DNA of 64,000 nucleotides from Eledone cirrhosa (lineage: Eukaryota): the NCBI GenBank assembly GCA_964016885.1, contig OZ024743.1, forward strand, positions 342,736,001 through 342,800,000. Direction: 5' to 3'. Shown in pieces: positions 51,842-64,000 of this stretch. The notes beneath the pieces are model-generated. The model made no database searches and had not been told where the DNA came from. It saw nothing but the letters and a program-made list of their open reading frames with translations. The translations under genes were made by a program, and so were the position numbers. Positions within the stretch are counted from its first letter, which is position 1, and every line of letters begins with the position of its first letter.

Positions 51842-53989
51842 ATGCTGACAAGAATCGACCTCATACCTCCTTGAAGAACATTCATATCCCACCAAGGAAA
51901 CAGTACCTAAAAACCCTCATTAGACGGACTGATGAATTCATCAAACGAATTAGATGGAGTTCGTTCTTTTTCGACCACCCTGATGTAGCATCTACCAATA
52001 ACGAGATGTACGGCTTTAAATCTAATAAGGCTCCACCCACCAACAGCCTACTTGAACCATGTGAAGAAGACCTCTTTCAAATGATCAAAAATATTAAATT
52101 CAGGAAAGTCAACATACCTTTCCAAACGGACTTAAAGGAGAAACTTCTGAAAATGAAAAGTTCCCCGTACCTCCACGTCCCTTCAGACAAAACTAAAAAC
52201 ACTTATGCGGTTATTCCCGACACCTACAACAAGCTTGCTGATAATGCCATCACAGCAGAGTACAAAAAAGTTGATGACACTACTTTGACTGAAACAAACT
52301 TAGCCGGAAAGAAGATCGCCACTTCCCTTAAACTGGAAGACCGGACAGAACCTCTGAGGGTAAAGTCCCCACACTTCACCCTGAAAGACCACAAGAACAA
52401 CTTTGACAATAAACCGTCGGTCCGGCTGATTAACCCGACCAAGTCTGACATAGGATCCGTTAGTAAGAAGATCTTGGACAGGATTCTACCGAGACTACGT
52501 GCTGCCTCACCCCTCCCACTCTGGAATAGGACATCAGAGGCAATCACATGGTTCCGGGACTTGCCCGACAAAAGCAACACCCGCTTCCTGCAGCTAGACA
52601 CCGAGGACTACTACGCCTCCATATCATAGAGCCTGCTGATTGACGCGGTTAACTTCGCCAGGAACTTTACAACAATCACCGAAGCCGAGCAGGATGTGAT
52701 CCTCCATGCACGTAAGACTTTTCTTTACCATGACAGATCCCACTGGATCAACAAAAAATCTGAGACCCCCTTCGATGTTAGCATGGGTGCTAGCGACTCA
52801 GCTGAAATAAGTGACCTTGTGGGTCTGTTCATCCTCCACAGGTTGAAGACCCTCTTCACAGGCCTCCCCGGCGGTCTCTACCGAGATGACGGCCTCTTTG
52901 CCCTCCATAAAATCAACCCCAGGACCATGGATGGGTTCAGGAAAAACCTTTACACCTTCTTTAAAAACTTAGGCCTTAGGATTACCTTAGATTCGAACTT
53001 AACTAAAGCTAACTTCCTAGACGTTATCCTCGACTTAGAAACTTCCCTTTACTACCCGTACCACAAACCTAATGAATCCCTTAGATATATAGACGTTAAT
53101 TCTAACCACCCCAAAAATATATTAGACAACCTAGTGAAAAGTGTCTCCATTAGGATATCTAGCCTCGCCGCCAATGAAGATATCTTTAGAGCAGCAGCCC
53201 CCTATTACAACGAGGCCCTGGCCCGCAGCGGGTTTAGAGATAAGATCACCTACCTTAGTATAGCCCCACGCCCACCCAGGAAGAATAGGCGAAGGCACAT
53301 TAGCTGGTACAACCCCCCCCCCCACCTTCAACCGCGAAGTTTCAACACCTGTAGCTAAAATTTTCTTCACTCTCTTACAAAAACACTTCCCCACCCAACA
53401 TAGGTACTATACAATCTTTAATAAGAATACCATTAGACTCTCTTACTCTACCACACCTAATCTAGCTAGGAACTTAGCCAACAATAACGTCAAGAAGCTA
53501 AATAAGTCTACTTTTTCCGAAGCCCATCCAGCAACCGATGGCAATTGCAATTGCCCTGATATGACTACCTGCCCCCTCAACAACAACTGTCTAAAAAAAG
53601 ATCTCGTCTATATATGCGATGTACTCTCAGGCCCCGATGAAAAAAGAAACTCGTACATCGGGATGACTTCTAACAGTTTTAAGACTCGCTGGTACGCCCA
53701 CACACATTCGTTCCGGCGCCCAGACAAATCTAACCAAACAACACTCGCCGCCCACACCTGGCACCTTAAAAGGAACTCCATCCCCTTCAAGACCCAATGG
53801 AGACTACTCCAGAGAGCGCGATCCTACACGGGAGGCCATAATTGCTGTGACCTCTGTATCTGCGAGAGCTATGAGATTCTATTCGCCAAAGGCCCTCTCC
53901 TCAACAAGATCTCGGAACACTCCCCTAATTGCATGCACGAGAACTATGTAAATTACAAAAACTACAGACCCACCCGGCCCCCTGATTGA
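51842..53989 (+). pseudogene. PLE RT and GIY-YIG polyprotein with three visible lesions
   Basis: SLKNIHIP, FIKRIRW, GLYRDD, NFLDV, SNHP, WYNPP, CNC..CPL, YIGMT, CDLC; frameshift near 51865, TAG at 52627, poly-C frameshift near 53315. Confidence 0.95.
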
Positions 53990-54704
53990 CCCCCACCCTC
54001 CATATCACCACCCCACCCCCGTCCCCCATCCCACTTCCGTCCCTCCATCTCTCATTATTACCTTCTTTTCTCCCCTCTATCTCTCATTATTACCTTCTTT
54101 CCTCCCCTCCAGGTCATATATATTGTGTTGTATGCCTCTGAGTAAGGTTCCGTGGCCGCACACACAAATTCACGTATATATCTGCTCATGTTTGCATACG
54201 TGCAGTTATGAACTGTTGCACGCACACGTTCGAGATTTATTTATTTATCTATTTATTAGTATATTTATTTATTTATTTATTTATTTATTTAGTTATTTTA
54301 TTTATTTATTTATTTATCTATTTATTTATTTATTTATTTATTTATTTGTTTATTTATTTATCTGTTTGTTTGTTTGTTTGTTAGTTAACTCATTTATTTA
54401 TTAATTAATAAGTGAATGATTAGGTAATGAATGGATAAAAGATAAAAGATAGGTAATGAATAGTGAATGGTAAATAGTAAATAATAAATAGTAATTAATT
54501 ACTTGATGATAATATTAATAACTTAGTAGTGATAATAATAATTATTTTAATCCTCTATCAGGCTCAGTTTATAATTTGTCCCACTACCTTTTCCCAATAT
54601 ATTATAATTACATGTATGTGTGCGAACGAGTGCGTGTATGTGTTTATGTGTACGTATTTGTATGTGTGTATGTGTATGTATGCGTGTGTGCATGTATATG
54701 TGTA

Positions 54705-54747
<43 letters not shown>

Positions 54748-55434
54748 ATGTATATGTATGTGTATGTATGTGTGTATATGTATATATGTATATGTGTGTA
54801 TGTATGTGTTTGTGTGTGTGTATGTATGTATATGTATGTATGTGTGTGCATATGTATGTATATGTATGTATAGTATAGTTTATACCGAGAGACATACATA
54901 CATGTATGTGTGTATAGGTATGCATATATATATGTATGTGTAAGTGTTTATGTATGTGGTTGTGAGTATGTAAATATATTTTATTCCTTCCATTCTACAA
55001 AAACACTCTGGCCACCTGAAGCTTGTATGTTAACTTGACCACTCACCTCAGTCTGTGCCATGATTCGGTCTTGTTTATCTTCTAATACCAACCCACCTAA
55101 AAAAATTTCCTTACTATATATCTGTTGAATTACTATTCTTGGGGTTTTTATTTATTTTTATTTATTTTTATTTATTTATTCATTTATCTATTTATTCATT
55201 TATTTATTTATTTATTTATTTATTTACTTATTTATTTACTTTTTCTTTTTCTTTTCCTTTTATTTAACAAAAGCACTCTGGCTAATTGACCACTCCCCCA
55301 AGAAAAAACGGCCTGTGCCATGTTGTGGTCCTGTGTATCTAAATACCATCCTACCCCAAAAAATCCCCCCCCAGCCACCACCCCTCCCTTACACTACCTA
55401 AATGTATAAATACCAGAACTTAATATGACACCCA

Positions 55435-55483
55435 GCTTCCTGAAGATTTCATCTGAATGAAACAGTACTAGTGCTGTAGAAGC
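55435..55483 (+). ncRNA. Type I HHR of the PLE terminal repeat; mirror at ~50425-50473 (-)
   Basis: gcttc CTGAAGA tttc atct gaat GAAA cagtactagtgctg TA gaagc, AATAAA shortly downstream. Confidence 0.88.
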
Positions 55484-55570
55484 TCCTTCTATACAATAAA
55501 TATATTTTACTCTGCCATGTATTGAGTACCTTACTTACTGTGGTTATCCCCGACTCAACCCGGGACCTAC

Positions 55571-55673
<103 letters not shown>

Positions 55674-55899
55674 TGATTCTCCCGTTGATTTGGATGCATG
55701 AGATTCCAACGGCTAACTTTGTTTTAGTTTTGATGTTTGTTTCTTATAAAACGTTAACCCAGTCACTGATTTTCAGGCAAATATATGGATTGTTCATAAG
55801 ACAGGACTGTTAGATTAAGACTTTGTCTTTGCTCTCAATTCATTAAAATTATCCACATACGTATTTCATTGTTTTTATGGCTTTATAACATTTTAACTT

Positions 55900-56890
55900 C
55901 CAGTCATTGCGATTCAATGCAGTTTTTCAAATGTATCCGGAGGAATCTTTGTCGCTTTCAGGTTTACCTTTAGCTTGTGCTTATCTCTCAGTCGTGGTCT
56001 TCTTACGTTTCTCCTTCCATCGTAGAGATAGCTATACATCAGGACTTTTGGAATTCTGTTGTCCCTCATTCTGATAACATTGCCAAACGATCTTAAGTCG
56101 AATTACAAAAGAAGGATTCAATGACACCAATTTTACATTAAGAGAATAGGTCACTATTCGAACTTCTATAACTTCAGCTGTATCTACATCGCAGACATCG
56201 CTTATGAAAGACATCAAATTGGTTAGTATGTAATCGATAGGGGTCCACATTTCGATCTGTATAGGAGAGTGAAAAGGACAATAGTTTGTTAGAGAGGAAT
56301 TTTTGGTTCCATTGAGATTCCCTATTTATCCCACAGACGATGACGAAATTAGCCGAAATCATTTCTAGGTGTGGCTATACGATTGGCTATTTCGTCATTA
56401 AGTGGGACACTTGAGTTCACTCTGCTCCCCAGATATGTGAAGGTCTCTACATATTTCAATATGTTGAAGGGATGGATAAGGAACTGATTTTCTTGTGAGT
56501 TGGCCTTGGCTGGTGGACGACTTCAGTCTTTTTAATGCTTACGGTGAGACCAAAAGCTTTACTTACATTAGAGAATTAATTATCCTATGCTGCTATGTTT
56601 CTTTGGTAGATGTTGCAACAAGTGCAGTACAGTCAGCAAATAAGAGGTATGTACCATTACCATTCGGACAAGTATTTTGGCTTTAAAGTGCTAATGATTG
56701 AAGAGATCACCACTGATAAGAGATTGAAATTGAACACAGCGCAACAAGACCAAAAACAATCGTGTATAAAGAACTAGGGCCATGACACAACCTTATTTTA
56801 TGCCGTTCGAAAGAGTCTGAAAGATAACCATCTAATAAAACATGCTTTCATTTCTGCATAAAAGGAAATGATGCTATTTAGCATTTTCAC

Positions 56891-56892
<2 letters not shown>
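55900..56892 (-). pseudogene. RTE-clade LINE reverse transcriptase relic
   Basis: GIK*GCVMA, LLFADCTALVA, FTYLGSRVNSSVPLNDEIANRIA; heavily decayed. Confidence 0.75.
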
Positions 56893-56958
<66 letters not shown>

Positions 56959-57279
56959 GGGAAGGGGTCATTTATGTGTGTCTGTAGACGATGTATGTAT
57001 ATTTGCCTGTATGAGTTTGAGAGCGTGCATGTGTGTGTGACAAGTAGGTGATTATATTGTGCTATTACGATTTCTCTGCCCAGAGATGCGATCGGTAGAT
57101 AGTATTAACAATTATTTCCTTGGTCCGATTTGAAAAATTCCATCCCACTCGGTTTGCAAGTGAGGTCTAAGGATACTGTCGATCGACTTCTTATTATTAA
57201 AATTTCTAAACAATTTTGTATAATTCTAAAGTTAGGCACCTGAAAGGCAAAGTGAATGATCTAGTATGAGTATTTAATG

Positions 57280-57490
57280 ATTTCTAGTATAGGCACAAGG
57301 CCAGTAATTGGGGGAGGGGAAAGTTGATTAAATCGACCCCAGTACGTTAGTGGTGCTTTATTTTATCGACCCCGTAAGGATGAAAGGCAAAGTTAACCTC
57401 GATGGGATTTGAACTCAGACCGTAAAGGGCCGTAACTCTATGCTGCCAATCTCTACCGATACTGCCGATACTGCCAATCCACCGCCCAAC
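57280..57490 (-). mobile_element. SINE (family of 12531-12755)
   Basis: ggcacaaggccag...atcgaccccgtaaggatgaaaggcaaag...gatttgaactcag. Confidence 0.85.
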
Positions 57491-58388
57491 TTATAAGTAT
57501 TTAATGAAAGAAGAAATATGTCATTTGAAACCTTACTTTTAACTACCGATGCTCGTATGGCTTCTCCGCAGTGTCTTTTAGGCCCTTCTCATAAAACAGA
57601 GAAGCCGATTCTAAAACAGATAGTGGTTTGGACAGAATATGGAATCGTCCCTTGGATTGGCAAGATGGAAGGAAAAGGTCACTTCGATGGGATTTGCACT
57701 CAGACTGCAAAGTGTCGGAGCAAATACCGCACAGCATTGGTCCGATACTTTAACGGTTCTGTCAATCGAGTGCCTTGTTTCTCTGAATAGGTCATAATAT
57801 TAACGAAACATGTTCGAGTTATCCGTATTTTCCGAAATAACTAAAATTAATCATTTTTCTTTTTCCCGTAACAGTAAACAGCAGAATCCAAAGAAAATTT
57901 CTATGTACAGTGTAGACAGAAAAAGAGTAATATAAATAATCCAAAGAGTGGAATAAATATTAAGCCGGGACAAAGAAGAGAAGTCTAATGTGGCATAAAA
58001 TTTATTCCTCTATTTGAATAATTATTTCTAATTAGATTTGTATGGCGTTATATGTATTCGGTAACTTGTTGAAAAGAAGAGAGTTACTAGAGAAAGGCAA
58101 TATAGATGGATGAATATGCTTTAATCAGAGGAGAAATTGCAACACGTTTGACCATTTATTTTAATTGGTTTTTTCTGGAGGCGATGGATGTTGTTGATAA
58201 GTTGACTGCAGTAGTGAAGACATGAGCAACGAGGTAATGCCAGCGGGTCGACTTTTGGAGGAAGAAGTAACTGAGCGTTGTGATTGGTGCTGGAACTGAG
58301 GTAGTATTCACAAACTGAGTGATGAGATGAGATGAGAAGTATGTATATATATGTATGTATATATGTATGTAAATATGTATGTATATAT

Positions 58389-58469
<81 letters not shown>

Positions 58470-58471
<2 letters not shown>

Positions 58472-59320
58472 AGTATGTATGTATGTATACGTACATACAT
58501 ATATGTATACAGACGTACAGTAGTATGTATATATATACATACATGCACACATATATATATGCACGTATCGGTTTACCGAACATTTATTATAATGCTCGGT
58601 TTGTTTGTTTGTAAACAAAAAAACACTCCGAATTACGCCGTACAGTGTTTAGGCAACCACGTCATCTTTTTGTTCAACACTGACACAGGAACGATGTACT
58701 AGTTTCAAGCTTATTAGCTATCGTCAGCATCGTATACCTTCCTGCCAGTACTGTACGTCTGTATACATATATGTATGTACGTATACATACATACATACTT
58801 ACATTTAAGTAAGTGCCGTACTAAGAGTGAGAAATGAAATTTCGTTTCATTCTATTCCATTTATCGTTTTCGGTGTGGCGCCGACTGAACTCACTCGATA
58901 TGCAAATTAGGCTGCCCAGCCGTTAATATGCATGAGGAAAATATATACTTTCAGATGTTCAACCATCTGGCAGGTAGCTAATAAGCTTGAAACCATCTGA
59001 CGATAGCTAATAAGCTTGAAACTAGTACATCGTTCCTGTGTCAGTGTTAAACAAAAAGGTGACGTGGTTGCCTAAACACTGTACGACGTAAATCGGGCTG
59101 TTTGTTTGTTTACAAACAGACAAACCGAGCATTATAATAAATGTTCGGTAAACCGATACGTGCATATATATATATGTGTGCATGTATGTATATGTATATA
59201 CATACTACTGTACGTCTGTATACATATATGTATGTACGTATACATACATACATACTTACATTTAAGTAAGTGCCGTACTAAGAGTGAGAAATGAAATTTC
59301 GTTTCATTCTATTCCATTTA
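58470..59320. mobile_element. Family O retrozyme with inverted half-unit
   Basis: Intact HHR at 58691-58733 (-); plus-strand HHR at 58997-59033 with helix I disrupted by a local duplication. Confidence 0.85.
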
Positions 59321-59336
59321 TTTATATATATATATT

Positions 59337-59397
<61 letters not shown>

Positions 59398-59405
59398 GTG
59401 TGTGT

Positions 59406-59477
<72 letters not shown>

Positions 59478-59549
59478 ATGTGAAGACGTTAAGTGTGAAA
59501 GCAAAGATTCTTTGCTTAAAACTTTAATCTGTTATTTTAATAAATATAT

Positions 59550-59588
<39 letters not shown>

Positions 59589-59595
59589 CAAAATG

Positions 59596-59812
59596 GTTTC
59601 TTATATAGGCACAAGGCCAGCAATTTTAGGTGGTGGGCGAGTCGGTTAAATCGAACCCAATGCGTGACTGGTACGTTATTTTATCGACGCCGTAAGGATG
59701 AAAGGCAAAGTTAACCACGGCGTGATTTGAACTCAGATCATAAAGGGCCGTAACTCTATGCTGCAAAGCATGGTGTCCGACCCTCTACTGACACCTGCAA
59801 TCCACCGCCCAA
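59596..59812 (-). mobile_element. SINE (family of 12531-12755)
   Basis: Same body as 57280-57490 and 28360-28530. Confidence 0.85.
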
Positions 59813-59920
59813 ACCTACTCAATGCTGAGAGAATAAGGTTTGTAGAAGTTGGTTGTAGTATGCTCAGGCACAAAACCTGTACCTGCAGATATTTTCTGCG
59901 CCTTAACATACAACATACTT

Positions 59921-60336
<416 letters not shown>

Positions 60337-60340
<4 letters not shown>

Positions 60341-61173
60341 AAAATTAGAATTGGTGCTCTGAAATAGCTATATATATATGAATGTATATATAGTGTATTT
60401 TGCAATACACTGTATGCTTAATTAAAAGCATGTCGAAGACCTTATGCTATTGTTTTAGAGTAGTGATAGTCTCATTTACTTTAATTTTCAGCAAACAGAG
60501 GAGATAAAGCCGACAGAGCCCTGTTTCGCATTTGTTGATGCTTACCAAGACTAACTACTCCTCCTGTTTGCTGAAAATCATGGATGTTTGATTCTTATAG
60601 AATTCTTGTAAATAATCAGGAACTGATTATACAGAGCGGTTGCCGGTCAAGCAGAAATTGAAAATTAGAATTGGTGCTCTGAAATAGCTATATATATATA
60701 TATGAATGTATATATAGTGTATTTAGCAATACACTGTATGCTTAATTAAAAGCATTTCGAAGACCTTATGCTATTGTTTTAGAGTAGTGATAGTCTGACT
60801 TACTTTAATTTTCAGCAAACAGGGGAGATAAAGCCGACAGAGCCCTGTTTCGCATTTGTTGATGCTTATCATATATATATATAGCTATTTCAGAGCACCA
60901 ATTCTAATTTTCAATTTCTGTTTGACCGGCAACCGCTCTTTATAATCAGTTCCTGATTATTTACTAGAATTCTATAAGAATCAAACATCCATGATTTTCA
61001 GGAAACAGGAGGAGTAATTAGTCTTGATAAGCATCAACAAATGCGAAACAGCGCTCTGTCGCCTTTATCTCCCCTGTTTGCTGAAAATTAAAGTAAGTGA
61101 GACTATCACTACTCTAAAACAATAGCATAAGGTCTTCGAAATGCTTTTAATTAAGCATACAGTGTATTGCAAA

Positions 61174-61178
<5 letters not shown>
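60337..61178. mobile_element. ~320-bp retrozyme-like unit: about 1.7 copies on minus plus one inverted copy
   Basis: 60337-60545 repeated at 60657-60870; 60882-61178 is the reverse complement. Confidence 0.85.
61020..61064 (+). ncRNA. Type I HHR with U3-A8 core and long extended helix I; mirror at 60508-60552
   Basis: agtc TTGATAA gcat caacaa atgc GAAA cagcgctctg TC g[c/g]ct; outer ttttcag.aaacagg pairs with cctgtttgctgaaaa. Confidence 0.78.
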
Positions 61179-61221
<43 letters not shown>

Positions 61222-61225
<4 letters not shown>

Positions 61226-61397
61226 AAAAGATAACAAGGACGATTGATTACTCCTTCATTGCATTTATTGATAGGTGACGCGCGTTTCACCACTGATCAG
61301 CTCAAGGTTCCATCTGTATCGATCCTACCCGATTCAATAATCGGCAGCTCGACGGACCCTCTTAAAATGCTATTAGAAAATGATATCCATACCCGCT

Positions 61398-61400
<3 letters not shown>
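61222..61400 (-). mobile_element. Solo terminal fragment related to 6740-6870, with degenerate HHR
   Basis: agggt CCGTCGA gct...ggt GAAA cgcgcg TC acct, then AATAAA. Confidence 0.7.
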
Positions 61401-61733
<333 letters not shown>

Positions 61734-61888
61734 TGCTACAATATTAAGTGTATATATTTATTTCAATGTTTGTCATGGCTTTATTTTTGAGTATGTCTTC
61801 ATATTAGTTGCAATGATATTTCATTGTATATATTTCTCTCTTATCTTTTCTCCTTTATTAGGCCTTCTCGAAAATTTGCTATTCAGGA

Positions 61889-61968
<80 letters not shown>

Positions 61969-61973
61969 CTGTC

Positions 61974-62036
<63 letters not shown>

Positions 62037-62871
62037 ATTTACTAATACATATATATATGTAGGTATGTACAGAGAGAGAAAGAGAGAAATCATATACATA
62101 TATATGGATGTGTGTATGTGTATGTGTGCATCTATGTGTGGGCGCGTATGTGTTTGTGGGAAGAGAAAGCGAAGGAGAGCGGTAGGAACATGTTTTTCGG
62201 GTGGTTGCGCACTAAAGTTAATCAAACAGTGCTGAATAGAGATTGTCGTAGATAAAAGGAAACGTTATGGGACTTATGGAGCATAACGAAATTTAAGTAG
62301 AAATAAGCTACAGATGAAACAAATTTTTACATATCAAAAGATGTTTCAAAATTGCTTATGCGCGGATTACACAGTTATATACATATATGTATATAGCCTT
62401 ATGTTTCTAAGTTGTAGCACGAATAATCTAAAGATTCCTCAATATGTCTACTAAAATAGATATAATTATTATTTCTTGATCTTTCGTTCCGGGGCCTCAT
62501 TTATCGGCATTCTTTTATCGGATTCAGTAATTGAACTCTGGCAATATTTGTGTACCCATTTCGAAACTTTAATCTACGACATCGAGCCAGCATTTTGTTT
62601 CTTACTATTTTATCGACTTTGGGGCTGAACGGATGTGTGGGATATGAATGCCTGTGGGTTTAATAAATAGATCCGTCTTAGCATTCCAGCGTGGTTAAAG
62701 TAATTCACTTCTCTGCTACATGATTTCATATTCAAATTCTATTACCTTTCATTATGTGTTTTCTACTACATTGTTTCAAGTTGTGGTCTTAGTTTTGGGG
62801 ATAGTTAGTACTTGTAGTCATTGCAAATTCATTGAATAAGTCTATTGTATGAATGCAAGTATGTATTTATT

Positions 62872-63885
62872 TATGTCAGGTGGCTCTCGAGTGCTACTGG
62901 TAACATGTAACCCAGTACAACCTGTCTTGTGGTCGGGTCGTCGGCGACTAAACCGACAACCCTACCAAGCCTGCTTGGTGAGGAGGGTGATATTTGAACA
63001 CCCTTCGGGATGAAATACAAGACCTGGCAAAGGGGGGAGCAACTCAGCAGATTCAACGGCCATCCAAATAGTAGATTTGGGGGGGAGGGGGTTCACCTGG
63101 GAGTGAAAGGCATCCCAGTTGTTGTCACAACACCTTTCTAGGAGAGAGAAACTCTGAAAAAAGCCTGCTGACCAATTCTCCTTTTCTGGTAGTGTTTTCG
63201 ATGCTCAGAGAGTGGGATTGGTCGAGTGCAAGGCCTTTCCTCACTTAAAAAACTTAAAAAATCTTCAAAGCACAGACATTGCTTCTTCAGGATATGTTAC
63301 AGGTTCGTGTGGCTGCCCGTAGCCTAATGTACACCAAACATTGTAATCTGACAAGCGATTACAATACTCTTAGCAGAGTTTGCAACCATCATGTATGTGT
63401 GTATGTATGTATGTGTGTATGTATGTGTGTATGTATGTATGTATGTGTGTATGTATGTATGTGTGTATGTATGTATGTGTGTATGTATGTCAAGTTACTC
63501 TTCAGCGCTACTGATAACATGTAACCTAGTACAATCTGTGCATGTCGGGTCGTCGGCGACTAAACCGGCAACCCCACCAAGTTTGCTTGGTGAGGGGGGG
63601 GGGGGGTGAAAAACAAAACTCGTTAAAGGGCGGAAGAAATCAGGAGAGTCAATGGCCATCCAATAATTTTTTTAGGGCGGCAGTGGGATGAGAGACTCTT
63701 CGTCTTCATTAAGACATCTCTCTAGGAGAAGGTCACTTTGATATTAAACCTGCGACTTTGTTTGCATCCAATGATGGAGACCAGTTCTACTTTTTAGGTA
63801 AACGTATTCGATGTTCAGAGCATGGAATTCGCTTCGTGCACGCCTTTCCTCACTTAAAAAAGCTTCAAGCACAGGCATCGTATGG
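62872..63885 (+). repeat. Two diverged ~400-bp copies (62872-63290, 63490-63885) of a structured non-coding repeat, possibly a LINE 5' UTR or SINE
   Basis: Shared gctactg.taacatgtaacc, gtcgggtcgtcggcgactaaaccg, ggccatccaa and gcctttcctcacttaaaaaa. Confidence 0.75.
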
Positions 63886-64000
63886 GTGAATGGATATATG
63901 GCGAGATGGAGGTAGGACGCATTTACACGTCAGAAGTGGTGTCCCATATTTCCTAAATAGTCGAAATGATATTAGACCATTAATTATTACTACCAATTTT

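Overview
Eukaryotic, AT- and microsatellite-rich DNA with no recognisable host gene; the SINEs and repeat landscape resemble an octopus/cephalopod genome (inference). It holds a decayed Tx1/L1-type LINE (about 0.1-5.6 kb), several Penelope-like retroelements (PLEs; RT with YRDD motif plus C-terminal GIY-YIG nuclease, Naiad-type), including a nearly intact copy at 50.4-55.6 kb, an RTE-type LINE relic, tRNA-derived SINEs and a 200-N gap. The main signal, invisible in the ORF track, is a dense set of type I hammerhead ribozyme (HHR) motifs from roughly a dozen sequence families. They lie in PLE terminal repeats and in small non-coding retrozyme-like units, nearly all inserted in (TA)n and often with an inverted partial copy. 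Highlights: a 6-kb array of ~595-bp units whose HHR has a compensatory U3-A8 core (UUGAUAA), the same variant in three other unrelated families, and a ~450-480-bp unit with octamer, PSE-like and TATA-like motifs upstream of its HHR. All folds were read by eye, activity is untested, and element boundaries are approximate.
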